From: Pontiella sp. | GTDB taxonomy: Bacteria > Verrucomicrobiota > Kiritimatiellia > Kiritimatiellales > Pontiellaceae | DNA: 57,913 nt | Direction: 5' to 3' | Assembly (NCBI GenBank): GCA_041740875.1 | Contig: JBGSLE010000554.1 | Span: forward strand, 1-57,913 | Shown: positions 47,211 to 57,200 of the stretch, in pieces | Position numbering within the stretch: position 1 is the first letter of the stretch | Layout: each line of letters begins with the position of its first letter | Made by a program: the position numbers and the translations under genes | The notes under the pieces: generated by a model | The model's database searches: none | Told to the model about the DNA's origin: nothing | Seen by the model: the letters and a program-made list of their open reading frames with translations, nothing else

Positions 47211-48098
47211 ATGGTTCAGGTTTTGGACAGCGCTCTTTATTTCGGATCCCAGGGGTTTCCGATCGCGGTATCCAGGGAGGGTTCTGCCCGGACATCCAGC
47301 GCGTGGCCCGACTACACGGAAATCGAGCATACCCATACCTTCTGGGAGCTGGTGATTGTTCTCGGCGGGCAAGGGATGCATTGCCTTGAGGGCCAATCGT
47401 TTCCGGTTAGCGCCGGCGATGTTTTCGTGCTTCAGCGACAGCAGAAGCACTATTTTTACGACATGCACGACGTGGAGCTCGTGAATGTCCTCTACGATCC
47501 CAAGCGACTGGGGATGGCCGAAAGCGAACTGCGCAAGCTTCCCGGCTACTGCGCATTGTTCATGCTGGAGCCGCAGCACCGGAAGTACCACCGTTTTTCA
47601 AGCCGCCTCCACCTCCAGCGGTTGGAATTGGCCCATGCCGAACAGGTGGTCCACAAAATCGATTCCGCCTGCGGGGAGCGCGAAGCCGGCTGGGAAATAA
47701 CGGCAGTTACCTTCCTGCAGGAGCTCATCATCTACCTGTCGAAATGCTATGCCTCTTCCGATTCGACGGACGCGGCATCCCTGTTGCGCATCGCCAATGT
47801 AATCGGCTTGCTGGAAAACGAATACGACAAGCCGTGGACCCTCGACGACCTTGCCAAGAGGGCGCACATGTCCCGCGGTAACCTCATTCGCGTCTTTCGC
47901 AATGCAACCGGCGAAACCCCGATTGAATACCTGATTAGCATTCAGCTGCAACGCGCGGCGGACTTGCTGCGCCTGACCGATCATTCGATCACGGAAATCG
48001 CCTTCCTGGTCGGATTCAAGGACAGCAACTATTTTTCGCGCCTGTTCCGCAAACGGATGAAGGTGTCCCCGCGGGAGTTCAGGATCGCCTCCCTTTGA
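47211..48098 (+). CDS. AraC-family transcriptional activator (RhaR/RhaS-like, cupin + HTH)
   Basis: GGAGG RBS before ATG 47211. Cupin HTHTFWELVIVLGGQGMH...GDVFVL. HTH LDDLAKRAHMS...FRNATGETPIEY...SITEIAFLVGFKDSNYFSRLF..SPREFR. Confidence 0.95.
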   Translation: MVQVLDSALYFGSQGFPIAVSREGSARTSSAWPDYTEIEHTHTFWELVIVLGGQGMHCLEGQSFPVSAGDVFVLQRQQKHYFYDMHDVELVNVLYDPKRLGMAESELRKLPGYCALFMLEPQHRKYHRFSSRLHLQRLELAHAEQVVHKIDSACGEREAGWEITAVTFLQELIIYLSKCYASSDSTDAASLLRIANVIGLLENEYDKPWTLDDLAKRAHMSRGNLIRVFRNATGETPIEYLISIQLQRAADLLRLTDHSITEIAFLVGFKDSNYFSRLFRKRMKVSPREFRIASL

Positions 48099-48127
48099 TT
48101 CACCCCCCGGTCCGTTCGAAGAATATT

Positions 48128-48207
48128 CAACGCAAAGTTGCCGAGTTGTCAAAGTTCGCAGAGCAGTGCCTTTGCGCTCCTTGGCGTTCTTAGAATCTTT
48201 GCGTTGA
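48128..48207. repeat. Imperfect inverted repeat (CAACGCAAAG...CTTTGCGTTG)
   Basis: Terminal 10-bp inverted repeat with inner CGCAGAG/CTTTGCG arms; same type as 32648-32713. Confidence 0.55.
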
Positions 48208-48302
48208 GGTAGTTAACTCGTTTTCTCCGGTTTTTATGAATAGATCAGGCTAGGGCGCTGATGGCGGGGATGATAGGGCGGGGTGCGCCCCGATGGGTGT
48301 TA

Positions 48303-48363
48303 AACTATTGTGCTGTTTTTTAGTACCATAGTGAAGGTGGCAACCGGCCCGGTATGCGATATT
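48303..48363 (+). promoter_or_regulatory. Regulon motif copy 6 plus extended -10 upstream of 48496
   Basis: AACTATTGTGCTgttttttaGTACCATAGTGAAGGT (48303-48338), then TGc-GATATT. Confidence 0.8.
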
Positions 48364-48495
48364 TCAGTTGCCAAATCGCCAATGGGCATTGCCTCGGGAC
48401 GGGTTGCACCAGTCAGGGGCGGTAGCCAAAGATAGCCCATCGGTCTTGAAGATACGGTTTAAAAGGGAAGCGACACCAACGCGGAGCACAAACGC

Positions 48496-51400
48496 ATGCA
48501 AGCAATACTACGGACGTCATTCATCATGATCTGGCTAACCGCCACCCACGCATTGGCCTACGAGGTGTGGATGAGCACGGCCGGCGCAACAAAGGACGCC
48601 GCCCTCTATCCAGAGCAATGGAGCACCGTGGCTCCCCAGATCAAGGGCATGAACGATAGCCGGGCGAAGCCCGATGTGGGCGTCACGCCGACGGAGGACC
48701 AGTGGAAAATCATCTATGACCAGTTCACCAATCTGGAAGGCGCCTTTGTCCCGATGGCGCGCAGCTATTTTGGCCCGCTCGTCCATCCCGGCGTCACATT
48801 GGAGCAGGCGGTGGATAGTCGATTCGATGTGGAGGCCACCTACGGCTACAAGGTCCAGAACATCATGATCTACAACAATTCGGTGGGCGGCGTGGGCTGC
48901 ACATGGACCTCCGAAGAGATCCAGCAGATGCGCGACTATCTCGATGCAACCGGCCATGCGGACGTCGGCATCTTGTGGAATGCGCGCGCCAATACCGCGG
49001 CCAATCGCGACCGGCTGCGCGAAACGACGATTGCGGGGGTACTGATAGAGGGGGCCGGAGACCGCTGGTTTACCAACGATGGCGATCGCCAAGGCCTGCT
49101 GAAGTGGCTCTGTTCGGATCCGGCAGTGACCAACAAACCCGTTATTTTCCAGGTGCCCAACGACGGCAATGGCTATGCCGGCATGCGGCATCTGCTCCAA
49201 TGGCTGGGCAGCACCTTCATGGATTATGAATTCATGCGCAGCTCACGGTACACGTTTATGCCCATCACCTACGGTTCGATGGTCTTTCAGCCGGAGCTAA
49301 CCTCTCCCACGCACTACGCCGATACGATTACCGGCGCAACGCTCTCCATGATCGAGCAGCGCGATCTGTTTGAAGGACGGCTGGCGGTGATGCCGACGGT
49401 CGCCGATGCGTACAGCTTTTATCGCAACAACGAACCCTTTTTCGGCGCGCTTCCGGATCAGTATGTCGCCCTTGGCACCACCACCGTCACCATCCCCTTC
49501 AGCGTAAACGATCTGGAGACCTCCGCCGCTGCGCTGACCGTGGGTGGAAGCTCGTCCAATACCGTATTTGTGCCCAATTCAGCCCTCGTTTTTGGCGGAG
49601 GCGGCGCGGCGCGTACATTGACCGTCACGCTGAATCCCGCCCTGACCGGATCCACCACCATCAACCTATCGGCCTCCGACGGAATTTTAACGGGGTCCGC
49701 ATCCTTTCAACTGATCATCGGCAGCGCACCGTCCATCACCGCCGTGGCAACCGGCCTGATCAACAGCTCCAATACCTGGGCACATGCCGCGCCGGTGGAC
49801 GGAGATGCGAATCGCTGGCTGACCGGCAACAAAACCCTGAGCCTTTCCACCAATGCCGAAACCTTTTATGGCCAAACATTGGTGGTCGAGACCGGCGGAA
49901 AAATCCAGCCCAACATCGTCGAGGCAACCTTGCGACTGAACCGACTAGTATTGAATGGCGGCACTATAACCACCACATCCAGCAAGGGGCTGATGATCGA
50001 TTTAAGTGGTGACCAATGCATCCTGAACAGTGGCATCCTGAAATCGGGCGGCACTAGCAGTCTCAGCAACAAGTGTGTCCGCTTCACGAATGGGTTTTTG
50101 GCGGGCAGCGGCACCATCAATATCAACGGGGTAGATAACAGCGGTACGACAATCGAGTTTCAGCCGACCATCGACACCACCGGGTTTGACGGAACGTTCG
50201 ATGTTAGTTCCTACGGCATTCTGGATCTGCCGCCCGTCGGAACGGCCACCTTCGGCATGTCCCTCTCCGGCACCGGAAAATATGTCAACGACGCGAAGGT
50301 ATATCTGACTTCGCTGGTAATCGACGGCACCTCCATCGCCCCCGGCACCTATACTTATGCCAATTTCACGACTGCGCAGAAGGTGTTTATTCTAAACGGT
50401 GGAGGAACCATTACCGTAAGCAGCGGCAATACGCCCCCGACGCTAACCCAGCTTTCGAACCTTACCCGTGACGAAGATGCTGTCGTTACTCGATCCCCCG
50501 TTGTGGCCGATGCCGAAACCGCGGCGGGAAACCTGGTGCTGAGTGGCTATTCCTCCGACCAGACCCTTGTCCGCAACGAAAACATTGTTTTTAGCGGAAC
50601 CTCCTCCAATCGTACGATCAAGCTCACGCCGGAAACCAATCAGTACGGAACCGTGACCATTACCTATTTCGTCAGCGATGGATATGCAAGTACCACCCGG
50701 TCATTCAACTACACAATCAGACCGATCAACGATACGCCGACGATCACCGATCCGCTGAACCGCAAAACCCATCCCGGCTACACCCTGACGGTTCCATTCG
50801 CCATCAGCGACGTGGAGACCCCGCTCGCCGCGCTGGATCTCGTCATCACCTCTTCCAACCAAGCCATCGTTCCGAATTCCGGGTTCGCGCTCAGCGGCAG
50901 CGGAGCCGACCGGATTCTGACCTTCACCACCGCACCGGCCACCATCGGCAATACGACCATTACGCTGGTGGTGAGCGACGGCGCGCTTTCGGCTACCAAC
51001 TCCTTCCTGCTCACGGTGAGTCCGTATGTCGCCGTGACCGCCGTTGCCAACGGATCGATCAACGATCCGGCCACTTGGGGTGGCGTGCTTCCCGTCGCCG
51101 GCGACACCACCAATTGGCTGAGTGGAACCCGCACCATCTCGCTTCCGAGTGACTCGGTAACCTTCCACGGCGATGTGTTTGAAATCCAGACCGGCGGCAC
51201 CTTCAATCCCGGAGTGCCGAGTGCCGTATTTAATTTAAACAACATGGTGCTGAACGGCGGCTCCATCGTCTTCAACAACAGTGCCTCCATCATCTTTGAT
51301 TTCGGGGGAGACCAATGCACCTTCAACAGCGGCACCATCAAGTCGGGGACGAGTGATGGTCGAAATGTGAAATTCCGGGATGGCGCGCTGCTAGGTTCCG

Positions 51401-53349
51401 GCTCGATCAATATCACCAGCATGGATACCTCCGGCGCGTATTTCTCCTTTGTGGAGATTGAATCCACGATGAATACCGTAGCCTTCACCGGCACCTTTAA
51501 CGTGAACACCTATGGCATGCTGAATCTGGGAGAAATTCTTCATAACAGTGCTTCGTTCGGCGTACGCGTGACCGGCACCGGCCGCTATTACATCAATGCG
51601 GACGTCGCGCTGACATCGCTGGTGCTCGGAACAGATACCATTCCGCCGGGAACCTATGTTTATGAAGATTTCACCGCCTATCAGAAGACCTTCCTGATCG
51701 AGTCCGATTTTGGCGGCAGCATCACCGTGGTCGGCGACAACACAGCGCCGGTACTGGCGAATATCACCGATAAAACGGTGGACGAATTGGCCACGCTCAG
51801 CTTCACGGCCACCGCGACGGATGCCGACGTTCCGGCGCAAACGCTGACCTTCAGCCTGGATGCCGGCGCCCCGGCGGGCGCGGGCATCACCAGCGGCGGT
51901 CTCTTCTCCTGGACGCCGACCGAAGCGCAGGGGCCGGGCTCCTATTCGGCGACGGTGCTTGTGAGCGACGGAGAGGCCAGCGATTCGCAATCGTTTCAAA
52001 TCGTGGTCAACGAGGTGAACGCGGCTCCGCAGATCAGTGCCGTTGCCGACCAGGCGACATTCATCAACCTGCCCACAGCGCCCATTCCCTTCGCGGTGTC
52101 CGATTCCGAAACAGACGCCGGCTCGCTCGTTTTGGCAGCCAGCTCATCCAATCCCGCGCTGGTGCCGGAAACCCATATTATCCTGGGGGGAAGCGGCAGC
52201 AACCGCACGGTGAAGATCATACCCGCCATCGACCAAACCGGCCAGGCAACCATCACGTTGCAGGCCAGCGATGGCGTTTTGGTTACGGAGCAGTCGTTTT
52301 TGCTTACGGTCTCCGAGCCGTATGAAGTGGTCGAGGAGTGGAATTTCACGGGCGGCTCGCTCCTGTCTGAAAATGGCGTGCCGACCACGATGTTGAACAC
52401 GGGCAACGTGGATATTCCAGGGGATGACCAATTTACGGTCACCCGGGGGGATGGATCCGGCGGGGCCATGTCGTTGACCAGCGTCTCGCCCGCCATGACC
52501 GCAGCCAATACAACGACCTTGTCGCTGTCGGTGACCTTGAAGGAGTATGATTTTAGCTTCGGCAATGACCAGGCCTTTACCGTGGCGTTTCGGCAGGGAA
52601 CCGTGGCCGTGGCGCTTTTGCGGTTCGATGCCACTCCCGGGGTGGGCACGCAGATTAACAATAGTGGCTCCATTGTGGCGGGAACGGTGCTGAATGCGGC
52701 GAAGTCGACGACGCCGCTGACGTATGGCCTAACGCTGGACTTTGCGGGCGGCAGCAACGGCAAGGGTTCGTACACCTATTGGGTGGGAACCCCTTCCAGC
52801 GACGGATCGACCTGGTACCAGCGCGCTGCGGCGCACACCGGAGACATCGACCTGTCGATGGTGGCGATCGACAATGCGCAGCTGAGAATCGCAAACCATG
52901 CCGCCGGCGACTTCTTCACGCTGGACCAGATCCAGGTCAGCCGACACATAAAGATGCCGATGTCGTATGGCCTCTGGATTGACCTGCACCCCGGATTGGG
53001 CACCCAAACGAACCGGACGGATAATATGGATGGCGATGCGCTCAACAACCTGTACGAGTATGGCCTGGGAGGCAATCCATCGGTCGTCGACAACGAGCTC
53101 CTGCCGACGTACCGCGTTTCAAACGCGGGTGGAACCAGTTATTTCGAATATGCCCATCGCATGCGCCATGCCGAAGCCGGCGTTTCCTACCGGGTAGAGG
53201 TTTCGGACAGCCTGACGGTGCCGGACTGGACGACCACGGGTGTGGAGTTGGTCGGGGTCGAGGTCTTGGACGCCGATTTTAGCGTGGCTACCAACCGCGT
53301 CTCCACGGCGTTGAAAAACGACCAGTTTATCCGGTTGATTATTGAATAA
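48496..53349 (+). CDS. 1617-aa secreted modular protein: unknown alpha/beta N-terminal domain, several Ig/cadherin-like repeats, two beta-helix-like modules, a beta-sandwich and the C-terminal DxDGD/EY...FIR module
   Basis: Signal peptide; repeats V.D.ET...L...SS[ND]...V...G....R; cadherin/He_PIG-like DADVPAQTLTFSL...FSWTP; tail DNMDGDALNNLYEYGLGGNP...DQFIRLIIE. Confidence 0.92.
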   Translation: MQAILRTSFIMIWLTATHALAYEVWMSTAGATKDAALYPEQWSTVAPQIKGMNDSRAKPDVGVTPTEDQWKIIYDQFTNLEGAFVPMARSYFGPLVHPGVTLEQAVDSRFDVEATYGYKVQNIMIYNNSVGGVGCTWTSEEIQQMRDYLDATGHADVGILWNARANTAANRDRLRETTIAGVLIEGAGDRWFTNDGDRQGLLKWLCSDPAVTNKPVIFQVPNDGNGYAGMRHLLQWLGSTFMDYEFMRSSRYTFMPITYGSMVFQPELTSPTHYADTITGATLSMIEQRDLFEGRLAVMPTVADAYSFYRNNEPFFGALPDQYVALGTTTVTIPFSVNDLETSAAALTVGGSSSNTVFVPNSALVFGGGGAARTLTVTLNPALTGSTTINLSASDGILTGSASFQLIIGSAPSITAVATGLINSSNTWAHAAPVDGDANRWLTGNKTLSLSTNAETFYGQTLVVETGGKIQPNIVEATLRLNRLVLNGGTITTTSSKGLMIDLSGDQCILNSGILKSGGTSSLSNKCVRFTNGFLAGSGTININGVDNSGTTIEFQPTIDTTGFDGTFDVSSYGILDLPPVGTATFGMSLSGTGKYVNDAKVYLTSLVIDGTSIAPGTYTYANFTTAQKVFILNGGGTITVSSGNTPPTLTQLSNLTRDEDAVVTRSPVVADAETAAGNLVLSGYSSDQTLVRNENIVFSGTSSNRTIKLTPETNQYGTVTITYFVSDGYASTTRSFNYTIRPINDTPTITDPLNRKTHPGYTLTVPFAISDVETPLAALDLVITSSNQAIVPNSGFALSGSGADRILTFTTAPATIGNTTITLVVSDGALSATNSFLLTVSPYVAVTAVANGSINDPATWGGVLPVAGDTTNWLSGTRTISLPSDSVTFHGDVFEIQTGGTFNPGVPSAVFNLNNMVLNGGSIVFNNSASIIFDFGGDQCTFNSGTIKSGTSDGRNVKFRDGALLGSGSINITSMDTSGAYFSFVEIESTMNTVAFTGTFNVNTYGMLNLGEILHNSASFGVRVTGTGRYYINADVALTSLVLGTDTIPPGTYVYEDFTAYQKTFLIESDFGGSITVVGDNTAPVLANITDKTVDELATLSFTATATDADVPAQTLTFSLDAGAPAGAGITSGGLFSWTPTEAQGPGSYSATVLVSDGEASDSQSFQIVVNEVNAAPQISAVADQATFINLPTAPIPFAVSDSETDAGSLVLAASSSNPALVPETHIILGGSGSNRTVKIIPAIDQTGQATITLQASDGVLVTEQSFLLTVSEPYEVVEEWNFTGGSLLSENGVPTTMLNTGNVDIPGDDQFTVTRGDGSGGAMSLTSVSPAMTAANTTTLSLSVTLKEYDFSFGNDQAFTVAFRQGTVAVALLRFDATPGVGTQINNSGSIVAGTVLNAAKSTTPLTYGLTLDFAGGSNGKGSYTYWVGTPSSDGSTWYQRAAAHTGDIDLSMVAIDNAQLRIANHAAGDFFTLDQIQVSRHIKMPMSYGLWIDLHPGLGTQTNRTDNMDGDALNNLYEYGLGGNPSVVDNELLPTYRVSNAGGTSYFEYAHRMRHAEAGVSYRVEVSDSLTVPDWTTTGVELVGVEVLDADFSVATNRVSTALKNDQFIRLIIE

Positions 53350-53533
53350 CGCGCTTCGCGCGATCCTGCCGAAGCTGCACCAGCGGCTGCAAAACGATTT
53401 GCCCGAGCCGATGGGCGTGATCGACTGCTGGCGCGAAATGTTCGCGATCGCCAAGGAAAAGGATCTCCGGCCGCAGAACGAATATGTGGCGTATAAGGGT
53501 GTCACCGAACCCGCACAAAGGGAAATGGCATGA
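53350..53533 (+). pseudogene. Possible 3' remnant of an unidentified gene
   Basis: Frame ...ALRAILPKLHQRLQNDLPEPMGVIDCWREMFAIAKEKDL... has coding-like, GC3-rich codons but no convincing start or RBS. Confidence 0.35.
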
Positions 53534-53646
53534 AAGCGTTCGCGCCGGACTACCGGCACGTTGTCGGTGCGGCGTACAACCAGGAAGCAGGGCGTCAGCC
53601 TGCAAAAACCCGAGCCAAACCCTAAGATGGCATAAGACGCACAAGT

Positions 53647-53918
53647 AGCCTTGTCGGGGAGCGGGCTCCTTTCAGGAAGCCCGCACTACACCGCTGGCCG
53701 GTTGGTTCGGTGATTTGTGGTGCGCGCTTCCCTCCGGGAGCGCGTCGGTTAAAATTGCATCCGGGGGAGCCTTGCCGGGGAGCGGGCTCCTTTCAGGAAG
53801 CCCGCACTACACCGCTGGCCGGTTGGTTCGATGGTTTGTGGCGCGCGCTTCCCTCCGGGAGCGCGTCGGTTAAAATTGCATCCGGGGGAAACAGGGGGCT
53901 GGAAAGCCCCCTCTCCGG
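53647..53918. repeat. Tandem duplication of a 121-bp REP-containing unit plus a terminal REP
   Basis: Units 53647-53767 and 53768-53888 are nearly identical. Each contains, on the - strand, GTAGTGCGGGCTTCCT-GAA-AGGAGCCCGC. They are followed by CAGGGGGCTGGAAAGCCCCCTCTCCGG. Confidence 0.88.
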
Positions 53919-54201
53919 AGTCCCGCCAAATACCATCTTCAAAATGAGTGTAGTATTTTCGCGCGGAGGCGCAGGTTCGCGCAACGTTGGGCAGCTCGGC
54001 ATGCGGAATCGGAAAATATTATCATTATGGTAATATTTAGCGGTGATATCTATACGCAGTATCAAAATAAGTTATTCTTACATTTAAATTGCCGAATATA
54101 AATTCAGCTATATCCTGACTCCGTCTGCCGAGAGGCAAGGTTACGATGGTGTTTTTGGGAAACCAATCCCGGGCGTGGGAAATAGCAACACAGGATCCAT
54201 A

Positions 54202-57200
54202 ATGAAAAGGTCCGCAATGGTTTCATTGGTGCTGTGCGGCATGCCGTACCTGGCTGGCGCGGCCTACCACGTGGCAACGAATGGAGCCCATGTTCCGCCC
54301 TTTTCTAGTTGGGCGACGGCGGCCACCAATATCCAAGCGGCCGTGGATGCGGCGGTGGTGGGCACCACGGTGCTGGTGGCCGATGGGCATTATCTCCTCA
54401 CCTCCGAAATCAAAGTCGACAAATCAATCACCATTCAAAGCGTAAACGGACCGGCGTCGACCATCGTTAACGGAAAGAGACGCGTTCGTTGTTTTAATGT
54501 GGGCAATGCGGGTTGGGCTTGTGTCATCAGCGGGCTAACCATTACCAACGGATACACGACAAGCTATGGCGGGGGAGTCTATTGCACGGGTACGAATCCG
54601 GTGTTCACGAACTGCGTAATAGCCGGCAACACGTCCTACTACGGCGGCGGGATGTATAACGGGACGGCGAACAACTGCATCATCAGCGGCAACACAGCCT
54701 ACTATTACGGCGGCGGCATGAATGGCGGGACGGCGAACAACTCCGCCATCAGCGGCAACGCAAGCTACTACGGCGGCGGAATGTATAACGGGATGGCGTA
54801 CTACAGCGCCATCCATGGCAACAAGGCTTGGTACGGCGGCGGAATGCTTAATGTGATAGCGGAAAACTGCACCATCAGCGGCAACACGGCCGACAAAGAT
54901 GGCGGTGGAATTCATTCGGGGATGGCATACATGTGCATCATCAGCGGAAACACGGCCGTCAACGATGGCGGTGGCATGTATGGCGGGACGGCGGACAACT
55001 GCATCATCAGCGGAAACACAGCCGACAACGTCGGCGGAGGCATGTATGGCGGGACAGCGAATAACTGCACTTTCAGCGGTAACACGGCTAACGAAGGCGG
55101 TGGCATGTATGGCGGGACGACGAAAAACTGCACCATCAGCGGCAACACGGCCAAGAACGCTGGCGGAGGGATGAGCGGGGGAGCAGCGAACAACTGCATC
55201 GTCTGGTACAACGAGGCTTCTACGGGGAATGATCTGCGGTCCACCACCGCCCGCTACACCTGCTCCCCCGACGCGACGCATGGCATCAATGGATGCATAA
55301 CCAATGCGCCGCAGCTGGTATCGGGCTCGCATATCGCTGCGAATTCGCCCTGCCGGGGCGCAGGAAGCATGGCTTACGCGATCTGGACAGACATCGACGG
55401 GGAGGCGTGGCTGAATCCTCCGTCCATGGGCTGCGACGAATACCATGGAAGCGTGACTGGGTTGCTTGATGTAGCTATTCAGAGCGGTGGCCATGTGGTC
55501 GTAGGCAATCCGGCACGGTTGTTCGCTGCCATCAACGGCGCTACCACGGGCCATATATGGGATTTTGCCGATGGAACCACCGCAACCAATGTTGTGTATC
55601 CGAAGCATACATGGAACATTCCGGGCTCCTATGCGGTGGTGCTGATTGCCTACAATGACTCATGGCCGGATGGCGTGTCGGCCACGCAAACGGTCTTCGT
55701 GACTCCTTCTATAGAGGCGGTTTCCGTGTATGTTTCCAAAGACGGCAACGATGTAAACGATGGGGCAAGCTGGGCTACCGCCAAGGCCACCCTCCAGGCG
55801 GGCATCGATGCCCAGCACTATGTTGGCGGCCTGGTGCTGGTGGGTGATGGAACCTATGCGTTGAGTTCGGAAATCATCGTCAACAAGGCAATCACCATTC
55901 AAAGCGTGAACGGACCGAATGTTACGATCGTGGATGGGAAAAGGTCCACCCGGTGTTTCAATCTCGGTTGGTATTCGTGCACTCTTAGCGGATTCACTAT
56001 TCAGAATGGATATGTGGAATACTACGGGGGTGGGGTATATTGCAAAGATCGTTCGCCTGTTGTGACGAATTGCGTTTTACGGCGTAATGAAGCATGGTCC
56101 GCTGGCGGGGGCATGTATTATGGAACAGCGCGCAATGTTATAGTTGAGTCGAATGGTGCATGGTCGGGGGGTGAAGCGCGAGGTGGAGGGCTTTGCTTTA
56201 GTTATGTTGAGAATTCTATAATCAGCCGTAACGCGACTTCTGCACGGAGCGATTTTCAAGTGGTAAGTTATGGAGGCGGTTTATATAGGTGCACCGTCTA
56301 CAACTGTCTGATTGCGGATAATGCCTCTTTGGCGGAATGCAAGTCCACTGATGGCGTCGTTACCGATGCCCGTGCCTGTGGAGGCGGAACATATGAATGC
56401 ACCGTTTATAACAGCTTAATCAAGGGTAATAGAACATCCGCCTACAATGCCAACCTGCGTGGAACCGTCGCTTATTCAGCCTCTGCTTATGGAGGCGGAG
56501 ATTATGGCAGCATTCTCCATAACTGCACAATTGCAGGTGGGAACAGCGTCTCGGCTTCCAGTGCACTAGGTTCTAATTATGAAGGTGGACCAGGTGTAGC
56601 ATATGGCTCGCTCTACAACTCTATAGTTACTGATAAGGCCTACAATTTTTCCGCTCGCAACACTTGTTATATAAGTTTAGCGCATGACGTGAATGGCAAC
56701 ACCACCAACGCCCCCATGTTCGTCGATGCGGCGCACGGCGACTACCGCCTGCAATCCAGCTCGCCTTGCATCAACTGGGGCAACAATGCCTATGTGTCCG
56801 TCGGTTTTGACCTAGACGGCAATCCTCGCATGGTCGAAGGCCAGGTCGATATGGGCTGCTACGAATACCAGGGCCTGCTCGGTCCGCATGCCGACAACAA
56901 CGGGAACGTCCTGCCCGACGCATGGGAACGCCTGCATTTCGGCCGCGCCATCGATCCAAACTTGATATGCGCAAACGGCCTCAACCCGGTCATGGAAGCC
57001 TACATCGCAGGCATTGATCCGAACGATCCTAACAGCTTCTTTGCGGTCTCCTTGCCCGTTGAAACGCAGTCAGGAAACACAGTGCAGTGGCCAAGCACCG
57101 AGGGGCGTTACTACAGCGTGTATTGGAGCACCAATTTGATGCAGGGCTTCAGCCCCATGAAATGCGACCTCCCGTATCCGGTGAACAGCGTCACCGACCT

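Noticed and set aside
38021-48098. Assigning gene symbols fucI, xylE or rhaR/rhaS
   Set aside because: Family membership is clear, but orthology and substrate cannot be established from sequence reading alone.
53647-53888. 121-bp direct repeats as CRISPR, tRNA or a structured ncRNA
   Set aside because: Only two abutting units, no spacer and no cloverleaf. The GTAG-headed palindromes fit REP elements.
54643-55200. Tandem 63/66-bp repeats as a CRISPR array or DGR variable repeats
   Set aside because: Units are in-frame coding repeats with synonymous changes at non-adenine positions. There are no unique spacers and no cas or RT gene.
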